64,000 bases of DNA, taken from the IMG/VR virus record IMGVR_UViG_3300045988_039444. One strand, written 5' to 3'. The notes under the pieces are model-generated. The model ran no database searches, was not told where the DNA came from, and saw only the letters and a list, made by a program, of their open reading frames with translations. This stretch comes from a virus. Numbering within the stretch: position 1 is the first letter of the stretch; the number at the start of each line of letters is the position of its first letter. The position numbers and the translations under genes are program-made. Positions 26,354 through 37,000 of this stretch are shown here, in pieces.

Positions 26354-27636
26354 TGAAAACTGTTGGAACTATTACTGAAATACTTGATTTATTCTATAAT
26401 AAAGTAGATGATATAAGTATTCATACAAAACATACCGTTGCAAATGGTAAATATGGTTATGAATTAAAAGATGGTATTCTTTATTGTAGAGGTAAACAAA
26501 TTGGTGTTTGTAATAAATTCGTACCGTTTGTTATAAGACTAAACAATATTGAAGACTATCTTTATATACCACTTGTCAAACTTAAAAATCAAAAGATTCG
26601 AGGTAAAATTAATGTAGATATTTATAATATTTGTAGGGAAAATACTAATATTATATATAATGATATTCATTCTATCCTTTCGGCTCTTTGGTATGGTGTA
26701 AATCAAAATCTTACCGTTACAAGACATATTCTTGAAAAAGATGTTACTAATCAAAAATTTGCTGATGTTCGAACTCATCAGATAAAATATAATAATGCTC
26801 GTAAAGCATGGCGTTCTGCATTAAAAGATATTTTAAGTATTTGTAAAGCACAAGGTATTGATGCTAATAATATTATTAATAAAGCTTATACTTTATATAA
26901 TACTTATGTAGAATATAAAGGTTTTAGAAAAATATATAATACATTTAATACAACAATTAATCTTAAAAATAATATTTGTATTACTTTAAGTCCTAAACAA
27001 AATCTTATTATTAGCGGTAAAATTCTTTATTGGCAAACTATTCGTGCTAAAAAAGTTATATTACCTTATTGTAAAAATTATACTGAATTTAAGAAACTTT
27101 GGAATAATAGAACTACTCGAAAAGAACTTAAATCTATTATTAAAATTAAATTCAATGAATATCTTGATAATCAGAAAGCTATTGAAGAAGAAAAAGCTAA
27201 AAAATATCGAGAAGAACTTGAAGTTCTAATTCAAGAATTTAGAGATTATAAAATTAGTAGTATTCCTTATCAATGGCGACAGTATGGTACTTATGCCGTA
27301 ATGCGTTATGAATCAACTAATGGAGTTGTTAGACTATGGAATGATGCAGTTATTAAATTAAAAGATTTCACTGATTTTGCTCATTTCTTTGCTGCTTGTG
27401 TACAAAATAATATTCAATTAAATCGTAAAACTTGTTATAATTATAAAATTCAATTTGGTGGGTATTATATTTGGGAAGTTCAAGCTAATGATTTATGGAA
27501 TGCTATGTGGGGTGGTCAGTGTATTACTATTATGGATGTTATAATTATCTGTAATAGAATAGGAATTAGTCTTGAAGAATATAAAGTAACTCGTAAACAA
27601 TTACTGTCGCAATTTGAGAAGCGACAGGAGATGTAA
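26350..27636 (+). CDS. hypothetical protein
   Basis: 428-aa ORF whose start overlaps the ligase stop (ATGA). Confidence 0.55.
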   Translation: MMKTVGTITEILDLFYNKVDDISIHTKHTVANGKYGYELKDGILYCRGKQIGVCNKFVPFVIRLNNIEDYLYIPLVKLKNQKIRGKINVDIYNICRENTNIIYNDIHSILSALWYGVNQNLTVTRHILEKDVTNQKFADVRTHQIKYNNARKAWRSALKDILSICKAQGIDANNIINKAYTLYNTYVEYKGFRKIYNTFNTTINLKNNICITLSPKQNLIISGKILYWQTIRAKKVILPYCKNYTEFKKLWNNRTTRKELKSIIKIKFNEYLDNQKAIEEEKAKKYREELEVLIQEFRDYKISSIPYQWRQYGTYAVMRYESTNGVVRLWNDAVIKLKDFTDFAHFFAACVQNNIQLNRKTCYNYKIQFGGYYIWEVQANDLWNAMWGGQCITIMDVIIICNRIGISLEEYKVTRKQLLSQFEKRQEM

Positions 27637-27640
27637 CTTG

Positions 27641-27717
27641 TGTGGCTCCGCCTGCTGGGCTTCGCCCAGCGGCTCCGCTCCCCGGTGGGAGAGGAGGTTG
27701 CACGCCCACTTGTCGCG
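27641..27717. repeat. GC-rich element copy 7 (R orientation; GCTGGGC-TTC-GCCCAGC hairpin + core + TTGTCGCG)
   Basis: Core at 27681-27709. Confidence 0.9.
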
Positions 27718-27740
27718 TCTAAACTAATATAATTAAAGCT

Positions 27741-28763
27741 ATGAATGTTGTAGAACCTGCAATCGAATTTTGTGATTATTCTGGTCTTAGAAAGATTGAA
27801 TTAATCGGTAAAGTTTGTACTAAACAAGAAGATAGTATCAAACCTGATTCAGCTGAAACTTTTTGTAAAAATAGACTTATTGATGGTCATACTGCTATAT
27901 TTGAACATGAATATGTTTATTTTAATGTTACTTCAATTCCAAATCGTGTTGTTCGAGAATTTGTTAAATTAAGTCCTTATATTCGTTGGTCTTATCTTGG
28001 TAATTATATTGGTTTTTCATATCGGGTATTTCTTGATATTATGAGTAATAGTCGTAAAATGAAAGCTATTTATAATGATATTTATCATCCAAGTGAAGTT
28101 AATGATTTGTTTTATAATATGCTTCTTTTGAGTAAGGAGTTTTCTCATTTACTGTTTGATGATAAAGATATTACTGCTAAACTTGAATATGGTATTGATG
28201 CAAGTCTTCGAATTGCTTCTGATGCTGAAATACGTGAACGTGCGCCGGAGATTTATAATGTTACTTATAAAATTACAACCGACAGAGGTGTTACTCATGA
28301 AGCCGTTCGTCATCGTGAAATGAGTTTTATGCAAGAAAGTACTCGTTGGTGTAATTATGCTAAAGGTAGACTTGGTTATAAATATGGTAATAATATTAAT
28401 GTAATTGAACCATCGTTTAAGAATGAAGATTCATTAGAAAAATTCTATGATGCTATTGCTGGTAATGAAGCTGTATATCAAGAATTAACTAATGATGGTG
28501 AACCTGCTCAATTAGCTCGTTCGGTTCTTCCTACTGCTACTAAATCAGATATTTATGTATCTGGTACTCTTGATATGTGGATTGGTGAACATCTTGAAAC
28601 TGTTTATCCTAAACTTACTATCATTGAGAATAAAGGTTTCCTTCCTCTTCGTAATCATAAAGCTGCACATCCTCAAATGATTGAAATTGCTAAAATGATT
28701 GCAGAAGATATTGCTGTTAGATTCCCTAATGAAACAGGTCGTATTATCAATTATTTTGAATAA
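27741..28763 (+). CDS. thyX: flavin-dependent thymidylate synthase
   Basis: Signature RHRxxSxxxxSxR is present as AVRHREMSFMQESTR. Confidence 0.8.
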   Translation: MNVVEPAIEFCDYSGLRKIELIGKVCTKQEDSIKPDSAETFCKNRLIDGHTAIFEHEYVYFNVTSIPNRVVREFVKLSPYIRWSYLGNYIGFSYRVFLDIMSNSRKMKAIYNDIYHPSEVNDLFYNMLLLSKEFSHLLFDDKDITAKLEYGIDASLRIASDAEIRERAPEIYNVTYKITTDRGVTHEAVRHREMSFMQESTRWCNYAKGRLGYKYGNNINVIEPSFKNEDSLEKFYDAIAGNEAVYQELTNDGEPAQLARSVLPTATKSDIYVSGTLDMWIGEHLETVYPKLTIIENKGFLPLRNHKAAHPQMIEIAKMIAEDIAVRFPNETGRIINYFE

Positions 28764-28769
28764 ACTACT

Positions 28770-29069
28770 ATGGCTAATAATAATTATATATCTCGTTCAA
28801 AATTTCAAGAAGTATTTGCTAAAGCTCTTAGTAAATGTAATGTTCCACAAGATGAACAAGACAAGTTCTTTGAAGAAGGTAGTACTCTTCAGTTAAGAAA
28901 TCTTGGTATTTGTATTGCTATTACAAATATTATAGATAATATTATAAAAGAGGAACTTCCTGATTATGATGGTTGTGTTTCTGATGAAACATTTAATACT
29001 ATTTATGAGTATAACAAAAAGTATATGTATGAACGAGAGCAGGAGCGAAAGCGAGAAGAAAACGCTTAA
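28770..29069 (+). CDS. hypothetical protein
   Basis: 99-aa ORF. Confidence 0.5.
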   Translation: MANNNYISRSKFQEVFAKALSKCNVPQDEQDKFFEEGSTLQLRNLGICIAITNIIDNIIKEELPDYDGCVSDETFNTIYEYNKKYMYEREQERKREENA

Positions 29070-29274
29070 AGAACTTCTTATTGAAATTAATAATCGTCAC
29101 GGTATGACAGATGGTAATTCATATGTTGCTCGTGAAATGGTTAGAATTTATAATAAGTTATTCAAACGTAGTATTATTTTAGCAGTTAAGAAAGAAGCTG
29201 CTTTAAGAGTGTTATATGGTCAAGAAGGTAGACAAAATGTATTTGCTAACTTTCCTGAAGAAATAATTAATTAA
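29029..29274 (+). CDS. hypothetical protein (start uncertain; frame overlaps the previous gene)
   Basis: Internal Met of the track ORF 28966..29274. The alternative start is at 29101. Confidence 0.3.
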   Translation: MNESRSESEKKTLKELLIEINNRHGMTDGNSYVAREMVRIYNKLFKRSIILAVKKEAALRVLYGQEGRQNVFANFPEEIIN

Positions 29275-29280
29275 GATTAT

Positions 29281-29907
29281 ATGACTGGTAAATTAATTTT
29301 AATCAGTGGTAGAAAAGGTACAGGTAAAACTTATGTTACTGAATACCTTGAAGGTATGCTCGCTGGTAAAATTGAGATATATCCTATGGCTACAATGCTT
29401 AAACGTATTGTAGCTGCTGTTACAAATTGTAGTGTATCTCAATTAGATTCTCATTATTTTAAGTTATCTAAATCTCCGTATATTATTAATCGTTACGGTA
29501 TTGATGAACAACTGACATATCGTAAGTGTTTACTTCATTTTGGTAAACTATTAAGATTTGATAATGACAGAGTGTTTATTGATGATGTTATAAATAGAAT
29601 CAGAACTACTCCTTGTGATTATTTTATTATTCCTGATATTCGAGAACAATTTGAATTAAATTGTATTAAAGATTTTGCTCGTCAGAATGAAATTGAATTA
29701 ACTACAATTCGTGTTCTCCGTAATACTAAAATGGATGATACATCCGGTGATAAAACTGAGTGTGATTTAGAGAATTATACTGGTTGGGATTTTCATCTTG
29801 ATAATACTGCTGATGGATATGATAGTATTCATAAACAATTAACTTATATCTGTAAAGAAAAAGGTTATAATGTTAAAAAGGGTTATGTTGAACAAAAATT
29901 ATTTTGA
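29281..29907 (+). CDS. P-loop nucleotide kinase (dNMP kinase-like)
   Basis: N-terminal ILISGRKGTGKT Walker A in the style of T4 gp1. Sits among nucleotide-metabolism genes. Confidence 0.5.
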   Translation: MTGKLILISGRKGTGKTYVTEYLEGMLAGKIEIYPMATMLKRIVAAVTNCSVSQLDSHYFKLSKSPYIINRYGIDEQLTYRKCLLHFGKLLRFDNDRVFIDDVINRIRTTPCDYFIIPDIREQFELNCIKDFARQNEIELTTIRVLRNTKMDDTSGDKTECDLENYTGWDFHLDNTADGYDSIHKQLTYICKEKGYNVKKGYVEQKLF

Positions 29908-29913
29908 CAATTT

Positions 29914-30642
29914 ATGAGTAATTTATTTGGTATTGCGCAAAAATATGATTATCTTGTTTCGCAGATAGAAGAGAATGACGGCGAGATAACGGAAGAAATT
30001 GCAGAAGAATTAGCTATTGCTGAAAGTGAACTTGAAGATAAACTTCGTGCTTATCGACAAATAATTGATGCTCAAAAAGCTAATATTGCTTATAATAAAG
30101 ATGAAATCAAACGACTTCGTGATAGGAATGTAAGTTTTGATAAAATAGCTGGTAGACTTAAATCTTCAGTTGTTGATGCTTTACATATATTTGGTCAAGT
30201 TGGTAAATCTGGTAATTATAGTCTTAAATTTCCTGATTTTACTGTTTATACAAAAGAGTCGGAAAGTGTTTCAATTAATGAAAATGCCTTAGACCCTATT
30301 GTTACTTCATTACTTCATATAACAGAAGCACCTCTTTCGCCGGAAGATAATATTTTCGTTGAGAAACATAAAGAAGAATTAGATAAGATTGCTTCTATTA
30401 GTATTACAGTTGATGTTCCTATTAGTTTAGCAAAAGAGGTAGGTAAATATATTCATGATAAATTAGGTGATGATTATATTTATACTGTTAAATTTGATAA
30501 GAAAGCTATTAAGGAACTTGATAATTGGGCTAAGGCATCCAGTGAATCTGACGAAGATATTGCTCGTGCTGAACGAATAGCTCATGTTATGGATAAAATT
30601 GATATGGAGATTGTTACGTCTGAAACTGCTATATATAAGTAG
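29914..30642 (+). CDS. hypothetical coiled-coil protein
   Basis: 242-aa ORF. Confidence 0.5.
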   Translation: MSNLFGIAQKYDYLVSQIEENDGEITEEIAEELAIAESELEDKLRAYRQIIDAQKANIAYNKDEIKRLRDRNVSFDKIAGRLKSSVVDALHIFGQVGKSGNYSLKFPDFTVYTKESESVSINENALDPIVTSLLHITEAPLSPEDNIFVEKHKEELDKIASISITVDVPISLAKEVGKYIHDKLGDDYIYTVKFDKKAIKELDNWAKASSESDEDIARAERIAHVMDKIDMEIVTSETAIYK

Positions 30643-30675
30643 TCTATCATTAAACAAATTAAAATTAATTAAGCT

Positions 30676-30891
30676 ATGAGTAAAAAGTATTTGATTACAA
30701 AAGTAATCGCTGGTGAGAAACAAGGTTTTCTTAAAAATGTAACCAAAGATGGTGGAGAGTGGATTAATGACCATAATGAAGCTCTTACATTTTTGAATCT
30801 TAAAGATGCTGAAAATGAGAAAGAACTTCTGTTTAGCAAACTTGGTGCTGAACATAAGGACATTGCTCATATTCGTATTATTGAATTGTAA
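30676..30891 (+). CDS. hypothetical protein
   Basis: 71-aa ORF with the conserved TCTATCATT...AAACAAATT motif upstream. Confidence 0.45.
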   Translation: MSKKYLITKVIAGEKQGFLKNVTKDGGEWINDHNEALTFLNLKDAENEKELLFSKLGAEHKDIAHIRIIEL

Positions 30892-30912
30892 TATAAATTA
30901 ACTAATTTAATT

Positions 30913-32025
30913 ATGGCTGCGAATATTGAATTTAATTCTAATAGAAATACTTATTCATTCTATTCGTTGAAAGATGTTCCTTGGCATGGTCTTGGAACTG
31001 TCGTTGAAGAAGCTAAAACTCCTGACGAAATCATTCGTATTGCTAATATGGATTATGAAGTAGCTTTAGCTCCGATGTTTGCAAGTTTTATTCCTGCTGA
31101 AGCTAAACATATAGTAAAAGAAGATAATCATTATGCTTGTCATATGTCCAATGGTGATGTTATCATTATTCCGGAAAAGGGTGCTCGCGTAAATGATGTA
31201 TATGCTACATATCGTAAAGATAATTATAAAATTCTTGGTATTGTTGGTAGTAGGTATGAACCTGTTCAGAATACAGAAGCTATGGATTTTATATATCAAG
31301 TTTGTAAAAGTCAGATGGTAATTAATCCAAAAGATGTTATCATTCAGACTGCTGGTGTTTTAGGTATTGGTGAACGAATCTTTGTTACTGCTAAACTTCC
31401 TACTTATGAGATTGCAAAAGATGAAATGGAAAAATATATCCTTTTCACTACAAGTCATGATGGAAGTGGTAGTATTCAGGCTTGTTTCACTGATATTCGT
31501 GTTGTATGTAACAATACGTTAAATGCTGCTTTGAATCATTGTAAGAATATGGTTCGATTTAAGCATACTAAAAATGTTAAAGCTAATTTAGCAATAGGTG
31601 CTCAAATGATGCGTGACACTCTTAAATATTCTGAACAAGCTAAGCTGATTCTTGAAGCTGCTGAGAATATTAAGATTAATGATGATGTGATGATTGATTA
31701 TATCACGGATTTAATTTGTGATGCTAATCAGAAAGAATTTATTGCTAAATGCGGTGGTATTGGTAAGATTCCTTATGAGAATGATGTTATTTCTACTCGT
31801 AAGAAGAATCAGTTACACGCTATGGTTAATTATATTGAACGTGGCCCCGGACAAGATAGTCATCGCGGTACAATGCTTTGGCTTTATAACGGTGTTACTT
31901 CATATATTAATAATGGAATTGAATATAAAGATAATCTCAATAAATTCGATTCTATTACGCAGGGTAATTCTTTCAAACTCGGTCAGACAGCCTTTAATAA
32001 ATTAGTTCAACGTTTAAGTGCCTAA
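30913..32025 (+). CDS. DUF932-like (phage/plasmid-like) protein
   Basis: N-terminal SNRNTYSFYSLKDVPWHGLGTVV matches the WHGLG signature I associate with the DUF932 family. Confidence 0.4.
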   Translation: MAANIEFNSNRNTYSFYSLKDVPWHGLGTVVEEAKTPDEIIRIANMDYEVALAPMFASFIPAEAKHIVKEDNHYACHMSNGDVIIIPEKGARVNDVYATYRKDNYKILGIVGSRYEPVQNTEAMDFIYQVCKSQMVINPKDVIIQTAGVLGIGERIFVTAKLPTYEIAKDEMEKYILFTTSHDGSGSIQACFTDIRVVCNNTLNAALNHCKNMVRFKHTKNVKANLAIGAQMMRDTLKYSEQAKLILEAAENIKINDDVMIDYITDLICDANQKEFIAKCGGIGKIPYENDVISTRKKNQLHAMVNYIERGPGQDSHRGTMLWLYNGVTSYINNGIEYKDNLNKFDSITQGNSFKLGQTAFNKLVQRLSA

Positions 32026-32346
32026 ATGATTACAGAAGTAGTTATATATTCTGATGGTACTGTAAATAGCTTCGATTCTGATAATTGTCAAATTCCAAGT
32101 GCTTCTGGTAGTTGGGAAATTATTCCTTTGCTTGCAAGTTGGGCTTTAGCTCAATATCCAAGTCAATTACCTGAAGAATGTAGAATGACTAATGCCAAAT
32201 GTTTTATTGGTGTTAGAAAGAAAGGAGGTGACGATAGGATGCCAATTCCTATACGTCATCTCCTTAAAATGGCAAAATATATTGGAGAAGAAGGGTATAA
32301 TATTCGTACCGCAGATGTAAGTCAAATCCCACAATCTGAAGAATAA
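32026..32346 (+). CDS. hypothetical protein
   Basis: 106-aa ORF. Confidence 0.45.
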   Translation: MITEVVIYSDGTVNSFDSDNCQIPSASGSWEIIPLLASWALAQYPSQLPEECRMTNAKCFIGVRKKGGDDRMPIPIRHLLKMAKYIGEEGYNIRTADVSQIPQSEE

Positions 32347-32352
32347 GATAGC

Positions 32353-33003
32353 ATGAAAGAAAGTCTTATAGGATTGTATGTCGATAACACGGAAGTTCCA
32401 GAGTACAAAAGTGCTGGAGCTTCCGGTTTCGATTTACGAGCCATGTTTAATCCTAATATACCTTCTCTCAATCCTGAGACTGTTGGTAAAATAGGTCTTG
32501 GAGATAAGTATATTACATCATATTTATATGATACTCAATATGCTGGTCTTGAATGGGTTATTGATTTTAATACGCTTCATAAATCTATTCGTCATGCAAT
32601 AAGTCAACCAGTTGAAGGAAATACTCTTCTGGAATATATGGTTATAAATAATATTGACGCAGTTAATATCATTCTCCCATATAAAACTGTTAAATTTAAA
32701 ACTAATATTTATACTGAAATACCTGAAGAAGATGAAATGCAAATTCGTCCTCGTAGTGGTATTTCGAGTACTACTTTATTAGATATTAAATTTGGTACTG
32801 TAGACAATGACTGGCGTGGTAACAGTGGAATTATAGTACAAAATCCTACACCTTTTAGTTATATTATTATTCCTAATAGTAGACTTGCACAAGGTGTAAT
32901 TGTTGAAAAGAAACGTGCAGTATTTGATATTAAATCTTCTAAAGATGAATTAAGCAAAACTGAACGTGGTGAAAATGGTTTTGGAAAAAGTGGATTAATG
33001 TAA
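32353..33003 (+). CDS. dut: dUTP diphosphatase with N-terminal extension
   Basis: dUTPase motifs RPRSGISS and GTVDNDWRGNSGII (GxIDxDYRG). Confidence 0.7.
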   Translation: MKESLIGLYVDNTEVPEYKSAGASGFDLRAMFNPNIPSLNPETVGKIGLGDKYITSYLYDTQYAGLEWVIDFNTLHKSIRHAISQPVEGNTLLEYMVINNIDAVNIILPYKTVKFKTNIYTEIPEEDEMQIRPRSGISSTTLLDIKFGTVDNDWRGNSGIIVQNPTPFSYIIIPNSRLAQGVIVEKKRAVFDIKSSKDELSKTERGENGFGKSGLM

Positions 33004-33006
33004 ATT

Positions 33007-33495
33007 ATGAATAACGAAGAAGTTAAACTCCAAAGTGGTCAAGGTTATTACATTGGAGTAAAAATGATTAAAGCTCGTAAAGCTTGGATGGTTAATGGTA
33101 ATGATATTATTTATGACCTTAATCATAAAATTAATGATAATGATTTTGTAGATGAAGGTTATGAAGTAGAATATTCTGATGATTATAAATCTTTTTCACC
33201 CAAAGATGTTTTCGAGAAAGCATATTATCAGATTTTAGACCCTACTAAAATTAGTGAAGGTGATGTTCTTGGATTTATGAAACAAGGGTGTTCTCTTAGA
33301 CTTGGTGAAAAGACTACCGTTGTTCTTGATACTACTATTACTGGATTTGATACCATTGGTACGTCAGCTTGTGTAAATCCTAATAATTACGACCATGCTA
33401 TTGGCGAAGGTATTGCTCGTCGTGATATTAAGGATAAGATTTGGGGACATTTAGGTTTTGTTCTTCAATGGGCTATTAATGGTCTTAAAAGGTAG
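33007..33495 (+). CDS. hypothetical protein
   Basis: 162-aa ORF. Confidence 0.5.
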   Translation: MNNEEVKLQSGQGYYIGVKMIKARKAWMVNGNDIIYDLNHKINDNDFVDEGYEVEYSDDYKSFSPKDVFEKAYYQILDPTKISEGDVLGFMKQGCSLRLGEKTTVVLDTTITGFDTIGTSACVNPNNYDHAIGEGIARRDIKDKIWGHLGFVLQWAINGLKR

Positions 33496-33498
33496 TTT

Positions 33499-33765
33499 AT
33501 GATTAAGCGACTAAATGTAAAGAAAAATGTTAGATTATTAAGTGTACAATGGGATGGTGCTAATATCTCAGAATGTGTTAGTTTTTGTAGATATTGTCAT
33601 TTTTCCGATGGTTGGATGTTTATTATGTTTAGAGAAAATATAATTCGACTTAATAAAGGAGATTGGATTATTGCTTTAACTGATAAAGAATTTACTGTTA
33701 TTAATAATGAAACATATCAATATCTTTTTGATAAACCGAAAGATGTTGAAAACGGTGGCGAATAA
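33499..33765 (+). CDS. hypothetical protein
   Basis: 88-aa ORF. Confidence 0.45.
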   Translation: MIKRLNVKKNVRLLSVQWDGANISECVSFCRYCHFSDGWMFIMFRENIIRLNKGDWIIALTDKEFTVINNETYQYLFDKPKDVENGGE

Positions 33766-33767
33766 AA

Positions 33768-33828
33768 CGTGACAAGTGGGCGTGCAACCTCCTGCCCCAC
33801 CGGGTCAGCGAAGCCCGAAGGGCTGAGC
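33768..33828. repeat. GC-rich element copy 8 (F orientation; core + AGCCC-GAA-GGGCT hairpin)
   Basis: Core at 33776-33804. Confidence 0.9.
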
Positions 33829-33908
33829 TATCAATGTTACAACTTTAATTGCTACTATAATTGTTGTTATTATTAATAACGATATTACTAACATAATAAG
33901 TGATACAG

Positions 33909-33956
33909 ACAGACCGTCAGAGTGCCTATTTTCAGGCGTTCTGACGGTCTTTTTTT
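33909..33956 (+). terminator. strong intrinsic terminator ending the + strand module
   Basis: AGACCGTCAGAG-(loop)-CTGACGGTCT followed by T8. Confidence 0.8.
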
Positions 33957-33989
33957 TGTCAGTTAGACAAATGTACCATTAACAAAAGA

Positions 33990-34045
33990 TAATGCCCGTA
34001 GCAGGCTGGGAAGCACCGCCACGGGCAAATATCCGACGTTTACTC
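33990..34045 (-). terminator. possible terminator for the − strand giant gene
   Basis: GCCCGT...ACGGGC stem with a T-rich tail on the − strand (weaker). Confidence 0.3.
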
Positions 34046-34052
34046 TATTAGA

Positions 34053-37000
34053 CTATTCGTCCTCGTAGTTATCACTATCTTTCGGACTAATCATTTCTCT
34101 AACACCACTAAATGTAATACCAAAAGGATTATACATATTGTAATAAGACATAGTAGCACCGAGATTATTAAACTTATTAATTTGACGAAGAACAGGAACA
34201 GCTTGACGTAATGCAACTGCACGTTTATCTTGTCCCTTATAAATACCTCTATCATAAATAAGTTCATCATCATCAACCCAAAGACCTTGAATAGTGAGAT
34301 TAACAAGTTTATATGCAGATTGTAAAGTTTTCTGACCAGCAAACAAACTATTTGCAGTTTGTTCTATTGTAGCCATCCAACCAAATACTGGCATAGGTTC
34401 AATCATTTGTTGATAATAAGTTGTTGCAGCATACATAGCGTGCTGATACAAAATATTATCTTCGTCATCATCATCTTTCTTAAATGCACCAAGTGTCATA
34501 GCAGCAAGAGCACTGAAAGCTAAAGCACCCATTAAACGAGCAAATTTCATAGTTGCTATCTGTTCATTTAAAGGAAGAGTATTATAATAGAATCCTACAT
34601 TAAGTAACCAACTTGATACACCTTTGAAGAAATTACCAATACCTTTCATATAGTCGATAACAGTATTGTTATCATTAAGACTATCTTTGAAGGCTTGACT
34701 ACCACTTCTAAACATATCAAACATAGGATTAAATATAGGAACTTCATAAGAACCTAATTGTTCATTATAAAATATACGACCGAAACGACGACCGAAATAA
34801 CGAACAAAGTTAGGACGAACCCATTTCTTAAATTGCATTAACAAATCACCAAATGCAGCATCTTGTAAACTATTTCTGTCTACACGATTGTAAATACCAT
34901 GTAATGATTGGTTAATAGCTTTAACTCGACCACGGAACTCCGAAAGAGTTTCTTCTGTAAGACCACTTTCAGGATTAAAACTCAAACGACCATTTACAAG
35001 TTTAAGTTCCGAACGAAGAGTATTATATTTATCAAAAGCTTCACGTTGAACTTTTTTATCAGTCTTTCGAGAATCAACAATTTTCTTACGTTGTTCATCA
35101 GAAAGTAAATTATAATGTGATTTAAGATATTGAGAAGCATAATCATGATTCCATAAATACTCTTTTGAAGTACGTTTTTCTTCACGAGCTATCTCAGCAT
35201 CTAAATCTTCTTTGAAAATAAGATATTTATCATATTGTTCATTAGTAAGAACATCTTGTAATAACTTTTCAAGATTATCATTATAAAAATCATTGAAAGC
35301 CATAATTTTACCACCAACTACTCGATGAGATTGCGTAGCAGCAAGTAACATACCAAACTGCATAATGAACTCACCCATGTTATTAGGAGCATAACCAACA
35401 GTATCAACCATTCGCATAGCTTTAATCCAATAGGAAGTTCCAGTATCAGAAGATGTTACATCACGAGTATCTTGATAAATATCATCAAAGTCTTTAATGA
35501 TTGCTACAAGTATATCATCAGTTCTTGTCGAATTAATATCGCGTAAGAAATGAGGAATAGTTTTAATAACATCACGAAGACCTGATTTCATAATATCTTT
35601 GCTTTCAACAAAGTTATTAGCAGTAGATTCAACTATCATATCAGTAACACCTTTGAGAATATTAGTGATACCGGCAGTATAGTTGAGATACATGAAAGTC
35701 ATAGAAGTATAACGTAATAATGCACCGGCAGAAACATCGAGAGCACTATTATATTTACTAAAATTAAAAATACGACGTTCCATATTATTTAACTGTTCAT
35801 TCGCATTTTTAATAATATCACGAGGTGCTACACCAGAAACTCCACGTTCATTCATTAAATATTTCGTAAGCTGATAATCAGTTTCAAAATTATTAATTGC
35901 ACGAAGATTATAAAGTTCTTGTGTAAAACCTTTCATTACATCAACAATATCATAAGACATCACATTTGCTTTATACTTTTTATTTTCAAGCATTACAGCA
36001 TCGTTATAATGTCTAATCTCACGAAGAGTTGAAGGTTTAACTGTAACAGGAAGTTTGTTATTTTTATCAAACCATTCACTAAACAATTCTACAATTCGAG
36101 CTTCGTATTCAGTATAACTTTCAGATTTGTACTTTTTACGAATATTAAATACAGGAATATGTTTAGGAACTTGTAAAGTTTGAGCTTTTGTAACAAATCG
36201 TTTAGTACCATCAATGTCAGTATAATACCTATCTTTATGAATCATAGGAATACTAACAAATTGTTTAGCAGATTGACCTAATGTAGCTTGAGGAATGAAA
36301 GGCATTACCTCATCCCATCTACCATAATAGTTAATCCAGTTACCGTCATATTCACGAATAGTTCGTTGAATAAGATTACGAATAGTATTGAGTAATTTTT
36401 GTTCTTTATCACTTAAAGCTGCATATTCATCTGATACTGGGGTATTACCAAAATCAAGTTTATAAAGAACGTTTTCACGCTTACCACTAATATCAGTAAT
36501 AAGACTAAGTTCAATAAGGTCGTGAGTTTGTAAATAAACAAGTTTCTCACGATTACTTAATTCAGTAAGTTCAGCAAGATGTTTAGCTGCTTCATTATCA
36601 TTTAATGGAACAATGTTCCAAGTGTGATTTTCGTTATATTTCTTTATAATATCATCAACGATTTCAAGAGTTTTTTCAGCAGTAGCCCTTGTAACAAATC
36701 CACTGTCAGTATAGAGATTCTGATAAATAGCATCACGAATATCTTTTCGTAAAGTACCAGTCGAATCTCCAAGACCTTCAGTTTTATAACTACCGATTAA
36801 ATCTCCATATTCATTAATGAATTTGTGCATTAACTTTTCACGAGCACGAGCATTTTTAGAAAGTCCCGGTTGGAACTCTTCAAGTGCACTTTCAAGTTCA
36901 TCATTAATGCGTTGAGCTGCTTTCTTAGCTTTATAATTAGCTTCATCCCATGCTTTACCAGTAATATCAATCAGAGTAATACCAGTTGTAAAAGCAGAAT

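Noticed and set aside
28966-29069. Programmed frameshift between overlapping ORFs 28770..29069 and 28966..29274 (A AAA AAG-like run at 29014-29021)
   Set aside because: The heptamer is C-AAA-AAG in the zero frame, so it is not a proper X XXY YYZ site. The second ORF is in the +1 frame rather than −1. Two separate genes with an internal start are more parsimonious.
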